From Bugula neritina (taxonomy: Eukaryota; Animalia; Bryozoa), in contig OZ037769.1 in assembly GCA_964035545.1 (NCBI GenBank), forward strand, positions 15,654,633-15,718,632: a stretch of 64,000 bases of DNA. Reading direction: 5' to 3'. Shown here piece after piece: positions 28,426-40,869 of this stretch. The position numbers and the translations under genes are program-made. Position 1 is the first letter of the stretch. Every line of letters begins with the position of its first letter. The notes beneath the pieces are model-generated. The model did not search any database. It worked only from the letters and a program-made list of their open reading frames with translations, and had not been told where the DNA came from.

Positions 28426-30469
28426 TGCAATTTCAAAATATTAAATTCTTCTACTATATATAAATAAACTATTGGCTCACCAAATGATGAATTATGACAA
28501 GGCAGAATTTAGAAGCCAAAGGAACTTCACACCTAACTCTCACTTGGCAGTGCTAGCAGGTAGTTAGCAGGTAGTTAGCAGGTAGTTGGCAGGCACCTGA
28601 TTGGCTGAATGGTAAACGGCAAAGGCACCAATGATTGGCAAGAGATGCTAAGAGGCCTGGTGGGTTTTTTGGCAAATTGATTTCTACAGAAGTGTGCCAA
28701 GTGAATTATCAGCAGCAGACATAGCTTTAGTTCACTAGACATAGCTTCCACTCATGATCTAATAATATGAAGGTTTCCAGGTTGTTGAAGGGTTGAGTCT
28801 ATAAATCACTGTGAGTTCTGCAGCCAAATCATCTCCAGTGAGTTTTCAATTAGAGCAAACAGTCTACAAAATTTGTTTTGAGTCTGAATAATAAAATAAC
28901 TTTGCAGAAAGAAATTGGCAGTTTTCAAGTCTACAGGTGCTTTTACCAGCTTTTGTCAAATATTCAATTTGGCCAAGATAGAAATTCTATGACTTACCCG
29001 GCTTTGTAGAAGCTACACGCTCAAACCATTTTCTCGCAATAAAATTTTCAGTAATGCAATTTTAGAATACAGTCAAAAGCGATGGTTATTATATATTGGC
29101 TTTTAGATATTACTTTGTCAGCTTCATGATTTAGGAAAGCTCCTGTAGTTCAAAGAAAGTCTTAAAAAATTATAATCATATTAGCTACCATTCTCATTTA
29201 TCACATTTTACTGATTTTGGTTCACATTACGTTTTTACAGGACATTAAGTAGTTATAGTGTGAATCGTGGTTTAGGCTACTGTTAAAAACTAGTCTTCAA
29301 TACATCTATAGAAAGGTGGAATGAGCTGAAACTGGGTATAGTATTTCCAGGAAAGTATAAAATTGTCCAATAGAATGTTGTCCCGAAACTTGATAGCTTC
29401 CTGTTAAATGCCTGCAATGTCTAAGAAATGGCTCACTAGTTATGGATTAATAAAATAGAATCAGGAAGTAACCTCAGTGTCAGTGTTTATATCTCATATT
29501 AATATTTTATTTTATTTCACCCAAATTTCTTAACTTCTGTCAAGATAGCTGTTCGAACATATTACATGTCATATAAAACTAATGTAGAAATCAATGTAGC
29601 CGCAAAGCAAATAAATTTGCATAATTTACTGAAGATGTTTCTATTTTTGCATGTAGTTGGCTGCATAGTACATCATTATAAAAAGTTGTAGGCAGTGTAG
29701 TTAACTTGCAATTTAAATTCCAATTCATCTTTCCTGGTTTGATTGGTTGCATTTTTTAGGTAAATAAAAAACAGCTATTTCATACCATCAAACATTTCTG
29801 GAGTATAATATAATATCACACATCAGGTATTGTAAGAATCAGGAAGACGTGTTTGGCAAATTCTTAGGTGACTCAACAAGATTGATGGTGTATCTGTGAA
29901 AAATGTCTAAAAATAACCAAATAATCACAAATATGGCAATAGGGGAATTGATATTTCCACTAATTTTGAATTTAATTAAATTGTACAGCTTTTCTGCAAA
30001 TGAAGCTTTGACACAATTTCAAGCTACTACAATGCTATAGCATTGCTGAAACTACTTGCAATCACTTGCTGCCACCTGCTAGCACTTGCTATCTTTTATT
30101 GACACCTACTACGACTTGTTAGCACTTGCATTGTCTATATGACCCAAAACAGCCTTTGCTTTGAATGATATTACATGTATATTATATTAAAAATATAGTT
30201 AAAAGTTTCCCCAGGTATGTAGATTTGGCGTGCTGTGTGATATGGCTATGTAGGCTATACTTTGATCAAATTCAAAGTCCTTGACCTTGTCAATAGGCAT
30301 AACAAAGGATAGAAATGTTCAAATAAGCTCTGGCAAAATAAAAATAAATATTTTTCAAATTAAAATAATTCTATAATAATTCTATAAATTTTTGGTAATA
30401 AAAATTCTGCACAGCGTCAGGCAGTGCGCTTGACCTGCCAGGTAATGCTACACATTTTGAGTTTAAATG

Positions 30470-30660
30470 GCAATGACATCTACCTACATCATAGCAATGA
30501 TATCTACCTATATAATAGCATTGATGTCTACCTATATAATAACATTGATGTCTACCTATATAATAACAATGATGTCTACCTATATAATAACAATGATGTC
30601 TACCTATATAATAACAATGATGTCTACCTATATAATAACAATGATGTCTACCTATATATA
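30470..30660. repeat. 24-bp minisatellite, ~8 copies (aatgatgtctacctatataataac)
   Basis: Direct observation. Confidence 0.95.
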
Positions 30661-32372
30661 TTAACAACCACACAACTTTTACCAACTGCCAACTCTGCAA
30701 TAAAAATGATTCAAGACTCAAACATTTAAAATATTCGATGTTATAGCAAACTATTGATGTGTTACAAATAAAAGCAAATAGTTGAATCTATAAAATGGAA
30801 TGCAAAACTTGAAGAGTTAAAATTTCTTGAAAAGCTTCAATGATTTGTTTTTAAGCTTATTTCAAATTCAAATGTTCTTACACTAAGCATCATTGCAGAG
30901 TTTCTGCAGTTCATATAGTAATAAGGGATATAGGGTGAAAGGTCATAGGGTATAAGGTCTTGGGGTGAAAGGTCATGTTGTAACAGAAGCCAGATATTTT
31001 TACAGACTAGAGCATCAAAAAACATTTTGTTTCAAGTTTTTTTAGAATGCCTAAGAAGAAATTCTGAATTCCAAAGGAACTCATTTGTTTGTTTTGTCAT
31101 ATCTAATCAAAAGTGAAAGAAAAAACATGTATAGTTATAAAAAAAAGGAAAATATTAATAACAAGGCACAATAACACTGCAGCTAATCAAGACACATCAA
31201 GCTTCAAGTATTTTCAATAATACGGTAAAGTCTCAACTTAGTCAAGCATTGGAAAAGCATAACAATAATCTACTAATGAATATATGCAAAACGTGGTGTA
31301 TATTTGCAATTCAATTTAATCTTGCGATTTAATATATGCCACATAGGTTTTTTTTTATATTTTCTATTAAACTACATTATCTGATTTAATTCTATTTCCT
31401 GTAACTTTTTTTATTTAAATATAGTTTAAATTTGATATTTTTTATAGTCAACGCTATGCACTCTATTATTTTTACATGTTGCAATTAAATACGAATTTGC
31501 TGTAATTTATGTTGTGAGCTTCCCTTTTCCATGACAACAAGTAGTGACCTTCACTATAGAAACAGCTAAGAATGTTCAAGAAAGATTAATAGATTTCCTA
31601 TAAACTCTACTTTCTCTCTATATCTGTATATTCCCTGTGGGCAGTTGTAAAAGAAACTCTTTGTAAATGTGTCAAGAAATTTAAGTCTTTTTTCACTTTT
31701 TACCAAAATCTTCATTCTGCTGGCCAAAAGTAAACTGGCATTAAGAAATAAGTCTGTATTTTAATATTATAGCTTGTCATTGCTGTATGTCGTTGCTGAG
31801 GGGTAAAGGCTTTTTATATAAGCTTTTGGTGTTCACTTTAAATTTTACATTTTAATTATGATCAGTTGAACCTTTTTTTTTCTGTTGATATGATGAGTGC
31901 AATCAATGGACGCCAGCAAATCAGGCACCCACATAACTCTGGCCAAACACCAGTACAACTCGCACCACAGTATCAGTACAACTTATAGCACCACAGTACC
32001 AGTACAACTAGCACCACAGTACCAGTACAACTAGCACCCGAGCCCATACCAGTAATTTTATGATTATACTTTGAAGGACAGAATATTTTATTTGCATCAT
32101 AATATAATATATTACTATTATTGTGAATTATTATATACTGGTAATATTTTTTTAAAAGCATATATAGAGTTATTCAATTATCTTGCAACAAAATGTTTAA
32201 CAAATTTTATCTATTTTATTTCTAATGTAGTAATTTTTCAGATGTATGATTGAAATGATATAACCATGCAATAGTATATTATATAATCTAATGTAAGTGG
32301 TATATGCCATATAACTATATATGCATTATATGTATAATCATGTATATTATAATATATGAATGTATATTATAT

Positions 32373-32435
<63 letters not shown>

Positions 32436-33171
32436 GAATGTATACATTCGTATATATAATATAGTATATTTGTATATTGTAATATATATATTATAATATT
32501 ATATGACTATACGAATGAGGTGTATAATCGTATATAATTATGTAATCATACAAATATCAAGTTTGATGGCCTGTATTGCATAATCATAATAGTGTTATGT
32601 TTTATGTAACATAATCTAATTAATAAGTAATATTCTTGGCTCCAGCCTTGAGATGGCAAGTTTTTTCACCTGTATGACCTGTCAAAGGAATTTTGCAACC
32701 TGCTGTTGAATGACACTACTATTTAGCTCTTGACTTCTACATCCTATCACTAGGTGTACAATCATGTTTCCTTGTAGACTGAGAATCTATATAGTGAACA
32801 ACATGGGGGCATTCAATGGCGATCCTCTATACTGCATATACAACTTAAACCCAAATATATTAGAAAACTTGATTTATGATAATTATGTCAAATATAGATG
32901 CTAACTTTATTGAATTAAGGATATGAGAGCTAAATTTAGAACTCACAGTATACTTACTGGAGCCTTCAAAAATTTTGCACGATTTCAAAACATGATATTT
33001 CAAATTTTGTGAATAACACTATATTTTGAATAATATTAAATTCTATTTTAAACAATATGACAACCTATGATCTCAAATAAACAAATGGGCTAATAGTCTA
33101 AGGGGGTGTTATAATATTTAATTGACAAGGTTTATTTACACAGAGCAATCCAACCTTACCCAAGTTAAGCT

Positions 33172-33583
33172 AAGGCCACACTACGCGGATTTTCTGCACG
33201 CGAGTCCAAATGCTTGAAAATCTTTTGTGGGAACAACCTGCCACACACAATGCGTTGGTTGTGAGTGCAGAAATTTATTAGCTAATAATCTTGGCGTTTA
33301 ACTTTACTGCTCGCCTATAGGGTTTTGTTTTTAAATCTCGGTCATCGGCAAAGCGACTTTAGATATTATAAAAGCGGAAATGCAAACTATTGAAAAATTT
33401 TTTAATTCAATTTGCTAAAAATCAAAATGCAAGTTGAAATTCAAAAAGTGTGCTCCGTAATGGAAATCAGCCAATTAGATCAAACCCGCACAAGCTTTCT
33501 GCACTCTCCACTCAGCATGTTATCCGCGCACAACAGCCTATTTTTGGGCGAGACGGATTTTCTGCAAGTAGTCCACGCGCCTT
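33172..33583. mobile_element. Possible MITE
   Basis: Imperfect inverted ends (aaggccacactac / gtagtccacgcgcctt) and a subterminal motif cggattttctgca near both ends; TSD not clear. Confidence 0.35.
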
Positions 33584-35573
33584 GATGTTGCTAAGTTGTA
33601 TTCATATAATATTTACTGTTAAGAAAGAGCTGGGCGGTATTGTATCTAGATAAAGTAATCAATGTACTACATTATTGTTATGCAAAATAGTCACGTCAAA
33701 ATATATGAATAATATGTTATAAATTCTACTGAATGCTCACTACGTCAAACCCTATTCTAACCACTTCCTGTATACTAGTGTACCCATTATTCGGAAATAT
33801 TTTACTTTTATTACCCAATTGAATGCAAAAAGTTGGCCTACACTGTACATTAGCAATAACAAATCATTTTAAGGCCGTAACTTCTATTTATTCATTCATA
33901 CTTTAGTGAAAACATTTTTTTAAATGAAACCTGCCACTATGTTGAGTAAATAAAAGCATTTTATAAATGTTAACTTGGATTTACTGTTAAAACTTGTAAC
34001 AGGAAATTTTTAGAAAAAAGCTTTTTGTTAGCTAGAGTGTGAATCAGCTCAGGGGACTGGAGGAAACTGGCTGCACTCAAATTTATTAGTGCTTTTATTC
34101 CAAATAAAGAAGATTATGTACATAGGTTTGAACTTATTGGCAGAATTATTGTAAGTATTTCATAACCTTTTGTTCATAATTGTGTGAAAAAATTCTTTAA
34201 GCAATAACTTTGATTAATTAGTGCAAATTTAGCTATATGATTGATGTTACATGTTACAGTTTCTATATAAGATGAATATTCCACTGTTAGCAATATTCCA
34301 AGTTCTAGTTCTGTGCAGCAGCATATATGCTGACACAGTAGCACAATAAGCGCTGACACAGTAATACAAATGTAGAAATTAAGCTTTGTTCGAATTCTGA
34401 TTTAACAACAATTTATTAAGTTTAAAATAAGAAAAAGTTTCTAGTATAATAAGCCAATCAAATACAAGACAAAAGCTTATCCTAAAACACGAACACAGTC
34501 TGACTGTACTAAACTACTTTGAATAAGTGATCAATATAAACACAAAGAATAAACTTCTCAAAAAACGGGATAAATTTACATTCAGCTGATGAAAGTATTA
34601 AGTTTGCAAAATTGAAAATAGAAATTTTGGCTACTGTTGAAGCAAGGGTTTCCTTAATGGAGTTGAATACAATGTTAAACAGTGCAGTCATGATTCCGTA
34701 TCCTTAAGTTGGCAAATCATCAGTCTAACCTCATATATAAGTAAGGAAACAGTTCACTCACTCCATACATAACCTTTGAGCCTGTCTGAACACCACGTAT
34801 CCACTGCAGCCATTCCACCACTAACTTTTTACTACCACCAGCTTTAAGCCATTAGTTCTAGGCCACTAGATCCGCCACTAGTTCTAGATCACTGAATCCA
34901 CCACTAGCTTCACCAGAACTTTACAGCCTGCTCTGATAAAACCACAAAGTTCAGGTAAGAATAGCAATAAAGTAATAGAAATACTTTTTTACAATGTTAT
35001 TTCTTCTTTGAAATCAATTTATTGTTCAACACTTTTTTTAAGGACTTCTTTCTATAAGCTGTTAAAGTTTTATTTTAAAAAAAAACTTTTAAAATGTTTC
35101 ATGAAAGTTATAATTTAAATATATCTATTGCTGCGTCAAACTTTTGAAAGCTGAAAACTATTTCAATTACATATTTATGAGTAGCTTTATTGAAATCTTA
35201 ATTTTGATTGGTTATGTGGTCATATTTTGCGAACTCAAAAGGAAGCTGTGATTTTAATTCAGTTAACTGCTCAAGAGTGAAAAGTTCTCTTTGTCAAACA
35301 ACATAATAAAAACTGGGTGCCAATTATTGAGAAGAATTTATTCATGAGGAAATCTTGTTTTGATCATAATTAAGTGCAACTCTGGCAAAAGTTAAGACAA
35401 TCCTGGACATCAGCCAAATGTTTAACCAACTTGATGAAGTTAAATTTATTCCATCAGTTAGAGTATATGCCAACACCTTTATATACCTTTTAATCAATTC
35501 AATTGATCAATATGCCAATAATCAATTGATTATCAACTGTTCTTGTAGATAAATTACTGCATCCACGCCAGCC

Positions 35574-36098
35574 ATGGTTGCCAACAAGGTACTGTTTGGA
35601 GTTGCCCTACTCCAAGTGATCACATCACTGTGTTCAATAGCTCTGTGTACCACACATTATAGTAACTTAACAGAGATGAACACAACAGCAGCGAGCACAG
35701 CCGTCACATTTGCGGTCCGTTTTCTGTCAACAATCTCACTGCTGATCTGCGGCATCATTGGAGTTATCATCTCCTGTTTGGTCAACGAGACACTCAGAAC
35801 TGTTCACACCACCATCACAGTGCAGACTACCGTAGGGGTTGCAGTCAACGTCTGGTTCTTTGTCTACCAGTACAACACATCACCAGTAGTCTATGAACAG
35901 AACTCTGCATTGAGATGTGTCATATCCACCACCCTCTGTCTCGCCACCTGTCTAGGGTACTTAGTCTATTTGGCTGTTGAGTGGGGGAGGTCTAAGGCCG
36001 CCCACATTGAACAAGATCTGAAAGAAAGTGATTTAGAAGCCAACCTGGAGAGTCACATGAATGTCGAAGTAGTAAAAGTACATTTGCCATCAAAATAA
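35574..36098 (+). CDS. Small 4-TM CD20/MS4A-like protein, paralog 4 (174 aa)
   Basis: ATG in good context (gccATGG); acceptor ttcttgtAG 35548, donor CAG/GTAAGA ~34954, TATATAA ~34734. Confidence 0.9.
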   Translation: MVANKVLFGVALLQVITSLCSIALCTTHYSNLTEMNTTAASTAVTFAVRFLSTISLLICGIIGVIISCLVNETLRTVHTTITVQTTVGVAVNVWFFVYQYNTSPVVYEQNSALRCVISTTLCLATCLGYLVYLAVEWGRSKAAHIEQDLKESDLEANLESHMNVEVVKVHLPSK

Positions 36099-37296
36099 AG
36101 AAATAATAACGAGACAAAGCAGAGATTGTGGCTATTCAAAGAGTAAAAAAAATAATATTGACACTAGAAAAAATGGAAACTACTAAAGAAAGGCAACATG
36201 GCTATAGTTATCCAAAGACTTTTGTGTTTGTGCAGCTTGAAGATGTAAAACTGAAAACATTTTATTTAAATAATATATCTAAACCTTTCATGTATAGCAT
36301 ATAGTCCTTCTTATTTTAGACCTGCACATGTTTATTCCAAATAACATTTTAGCTAATATTAGACAATCACCTATAAGACTGTAATTATCATTTATGTACA
36401 ACATGATAATTTTATGTAGCAAAATGAATGTTGTAATATGTAAATATTTATAATATAGCCATTTTTATGTAACACTTCAACACGTTTCATCAATAATTTA
36501 TATAGTAAACATAATATTGCATCTGATAAAAGCAGATCTTTTGAAAATGCTGACTATAATATAACAATTAACAAACTTTAAGTTATTCTTGTATCATGAT
36601 GGGCTACTTGTATGCGTACAACTGGCCACTTTGCAAAATACTTTTAAAATAGAGTTGAATATTTAAAATAATTGTAAACAGTTTTAAGGCAGTACCCAAT
36701 GCAAAATAAAAGAGCTTTTGAATGAGTTTCCTCTTCCAACTAAGTGTGAATAGAACCCTCAATAACCATGCATGAATGTGCGTGTGGGTGGGTGTATTAC
36801 ACAACTGCATTTGTATTCAATGAACCGGCAATTCTTTGAACTTTTTTACTTTCTAATTTAAGTTATTTTCTAGTTTATAAATAATCTAAACTTATACGAA
36901 GCAGTTGAAATATGCCAACACACTTTTGGACCTTCAGCAATAATATAAACCTTTACTATAGTTGTAAAAGCTGCAAAGTTATAGTACATTAAACAAGCAT
37001 ATTATATCTTTAAAAGATTACAAAAGCCATCCAGAACCATAAAAAAGCTATTCTGCTGTTTTTATTTAAATATAAGCTGACAGCTTTTTTCAAACAAGCC
37101 TTGAGCTCTCAACTTCTGGGTGGGCTGAAGGTTCGTACCTCCTTGAGTTCTAGAACTTAGGCTATGCTCTGTGCAACTGCATGTGGAGCTACAGAACCTT
37201 AATATTACTCTGTGCTTATGAAGAGTGCATGGTATAACAAGCAGGTCAAAGGTTTGTTTCTTAGTTTCAATAAATCAGAGAAGTGTTTTAGAGCAA

Positions 37297-37391
37297 AGCA
37301 GGGGTGTAAACAAGGGTAAAAACAGGGGGGCAAACAGGAGTGCAAACAGGGGTGTAAACAGAAGTGTAAACAGGGGTGCAAGCAGGGGTGT
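37297..37391. repeat. 12-bp tandem repeat (aaacaggggtgt/c)
   Basis: Direct observation. Confidence 0.85.
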
Positions 37392-38121
37392 AGAGGGGTT
37401 TGCTGAGGATTCCCACACCTTCTTATATATCCCACTTCCATGTGGCTTCGCTACTCTTTACCAGGTTTTAAAAACTGTCGGCCACTTCAATCAAGAGTTT
37501 CTAGGCATTTACTTCCTGTGATGTCATCACTACATACTCATTTTCTTCATTTCCATAATTACCGAAAAAAAATTTCTTTATTAGAACTTTCTAGCTTAAT
37601 CTCAATTTAGTTTTTTAATTTGATGACAAAATTCCGGTTTGCCATGTTTTAGAGTACATTTTAATATAACGAGTGTCATATTGTCATGTTATAATATGTT
37701 ATATATCGATTTTATTTTGCCTCTTTTTGATGTAAGAAAACAAATATAACTCTGCTCTGCTTTTCTCTAGCTGTTGCCTAGCAATGTAATAATGCGGTAG
37801 TTATTAATGCCATCGATGATGTCATACTATAAGATAGAACAAACAGAACTTCCAGTTTGGTATATGGTATATCTTTGTGTAAAATCGGTTTATTAGATTA
37901 GCTAAAACTTTTCTTCAAGAAAAAATATACTCAAATAAATCAAAAACTAAACTCTCAGAATAATAAAAAAATATTTAAAAAATTATTCAATTTGTAAGAG
38001 CCAATAGGTTGCTAAACCATATTATGTACAATTGTATGTGACTATATTGTATTATGTGTACTAATTTGTATACAACTGACCAATATATCAATATACATTA
38101 AACATATCTGAATGTACTTAA

Positions 38122-38335
38122 GGAGCAGCGGTGGTCTAGGGGTTAGACCGTTAAAGTGTTTGCCTAGTAAATACGAGGTCATGGGTTCGAGCTGGGACAA
38201 AGGCCATTGGTTATGTTAGGAAGAGCATCCAGTCATAATTGCTCCTGTGCCTCATTTAAATAAGTCCTTAGCCCGCTTTAACAAAAACCAGGGGTTTCTC
38301 ACAGGAATAGTGACTATAAACTTGCCTGAGTTTTT
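38122..38335 (+). mobile_element. tRNA-derived SINE (best-preserved copy)
   Basis: A box TGGTCTAGGGG, B box GGTTCGAGC, body gttaggaagagcatccagtcataattgctcctgtg shared with 3.5 and 24.4 kb copies. Confidence 0.82.
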
Positions 38336-38623
38336 TTATATCTGAATGTACTTATAGTGTAAATTGTGGAGTGTAACATTGCATTATATACATATACGTT
38401 ATTTGAGTGTTATATTATATGCACATATAATGTTATTTGAATATATGTAATAATATACAGTAATAATAACTAACGGTCTGGTATTCATTATGAAATTAGC
38501 ATTTTGGGAACTGTCTGCATTTCCTGTATTTCAGTGTCCTGATGTATAACATAATAATTTGATTGCCTTATGAAGTGTCAACCCCTGCTAATTGGTTGAT
38601 AGTATAGGAAGTAAATGAACACG

Positions 38624-38632
38624 GGTATAAAA
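38624..38632 (+). promoter_or_regulatory. Putative TATA box of paralog 5 (GTATAAAAC)
   Basis: ~125 bp upstream of donor GTG/GTAAGT at ~38753; acceptor tttttacAG at 39147. Confidence 0.55.
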
Positions 38633-39164
38633 CATGGCCGCTGTGTCTGAGTGATCTATTAGCACTTTCTGTGTCCTTCAACTTCACTTGGCTTAGTTAT
38701 AACACAGCAAGAGTGTTTGGTAGAGAATGGCTTAGTGTTTATGGTGAAAGTGGTAAGTACAAACATGATTGATCTTTATAGAGTAGACGACTCTCACTGA
38801 AATTAAAACACTGAATACACAGTAAAAATTTGGATTTTCCATTGAAATTTTCAGCTTTCACTTTGCATTTATTTTAATAATATAATGATATATCAAAGGA
38901 CTTCATGTTTCAGTTATTAAAACGCTGCAGTTTTATCAATTATATATAAATAATTATTCAGAGTCCTTCAAAATTATGTTATTTTATTATTTATTAATAA
39001 TGTTAGTTTTAAGAGGTAGGTTTTAAAAACTTCAAGTTATTTAAGCCACAAAATTTAAATTTTTTGCTGAAATAAATCAGAGTGTGTTTTTATAGACTGC
39101 CTTTCTGTGAAAACTGGTCAGTGTATTATTATGTGCTTTTTTTACAGTTGAATGCAAGAAGAAA

Positions 39165-39641
39165 ATGGCAGTTCAGAAAGTACTATTTGGAGTTGCCCTA
39201 CTTCAGATCATTGCATCACTATTTTCCATTGCTCTCTGCAGTCGTCATTACAGTGATACTAAGCACATGGCAACAAGCATGGCTCGTGCAGCAGTGATGC
39301 TAACTTCTCGATTTCTTCCAACACTGTCACTACTTGTTTGTGGAATTATGGGATTGATAGCAGCTTATGTGAATCGCTATACACTTCAAGTTGTGCACAC
39401 AACTCTAACTACGCACACAGCTTTCACATTAGCTCTCAATATTTGGTACTTTGCTTATTATTCCAGTGTGTCACCGTTAGTATATGATAGAAGGTCAGCA
39501 CAAAAATGCTTGGCCGCCACCATCTTTTGTCTTGGTTTATGTGTTGGATACTTAGGCTATCTAGTGATGACACGTCTAGTTAAATCAAGTTCTACTAAAG
39601 ATTCTACACCCAGCTCAGTGACAGAAAAACTTGGAGAATAA
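39165..39641 (+). CDS. Small 4-TM CD20/MS4A-like protein, paralog 5 (158 aa)
   Basis: ATG-start ORF with the family motifs; closest to paralog 2 (SRFLPTLSLLVCGIMGLI). Confidence 0.9.
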   Translation: MAVQKVLFGVALLQIIASLFSIALCSRHYSDTKHMATSMARAAVMLTSRFLPTLSLLVCGIMGLIAAYVNRYTLQVVHTTLTTHTAFTLALNIWYFAYYSSVSPLVYDRRSAQKCLAATIFCLGLCVGYLGYLVMTRLVKSSSTKDSTPSSVTEKLGE

Positions 39642-40869
39642 ACTAAGAATACACAAAGCATGGTGGAGAGAAGACAACTCTATGACATAAATAGAAAGTT
39701 GATTATAAAATAATTTAATTTGTTAAGCCACCATGTATTGGGTTTACTAAAAAAGTAGCATATTTGCATGTTTTATAAATATTAGTTTAAACAATAAAAA
39801 AAGGAAACAACTCTAAATAGTTGTGAATTTGACAGAATCGAAACATTGCTAGTCAACAGCTGTTCTTTGCAACTTATTGAACGGTGTAGATACACTACTT
39901 TTAGGTAGAAATTCTAGTATAAATAAGTTGAACAGCTTTAGGTCATGAGTAATTCTAGTGGCTGCGCAGTTCCTTTCCAAGAATAATAATTAGTATTTTG
40001 TAAGAATGCATTTCTGTCCCAACAACAAATCTTTTTAATGGAAAAGGATTTGTGAGAGTAACAAGTCTAAGCTGTTACACGGGTGTCTTTCTGCATTTAA
40101 TTGCTGAAGTCTGCTGTAGTCAAGCAGTAATACTAATAGGCACACAGCTACTGTTGTGTCCACCTGAATAACAATATACTACTGTTATACCAATGACATA
40201 AACCATAACTATGATGGTTATAGTAGTAACACCTAATCCCATGGCTATACCAGTAAGATATTTGGAAAAATTACTACTGCTGCTACTGCTGCTATACCAC
40301 TATTACTGCTGCTACCACTACTAGTAGTAGTAGTAGTTATTGTCAGTATATCCTGGTATAAAAATTTTATTGTAATAATATTTTATTGCAATACTATAAC
40401 ATTGTAATAAAGTTAGACATGATGAGCCACACCACCAAACTCAATAAACTGTAGGCTAAGGGATAGAGACTGCTTATCATAGCTACGGCTTGTATTAGTA
40501 TGTCTGGGAGTTATCTCCCTTCCCCAAATTACAATATCACTACATGGACTAGAATAAAAACAATTTTACCAACAGCTTACTATATCATAGCAAATAATAA
40601 CCATAGTAAAGCACAAAACCAATAAAAATGTATAAGAAAATAGCTTAGATGTCTTTTCCAATTTCATGTATGACGCAACTATAGCAACTGGTTCACAAAT
40701 AAAATGAAAAAATGAGAGTGAAACCTTTCACTGACGAGTTTCGAACACCCAAATTGAAGCAAGTAACACAGGCAAACAAATAGCAAGACCCTTAATATAT
40801 ACAACTGTAACCAGTGAGGTGCATAGCACAGCCGCCCTCACAAAGAGGTAATCTGAAGCTAAGCCCGAG

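Noticed and set aside
40728-40760. CTGACGA or CTGATGA motifs here and at ~19164, ~34586, ~48056 and ~63410 as further hammerheads
   Set aside because: No correctly placed stem II plus GAAA plus stem III/NUH.
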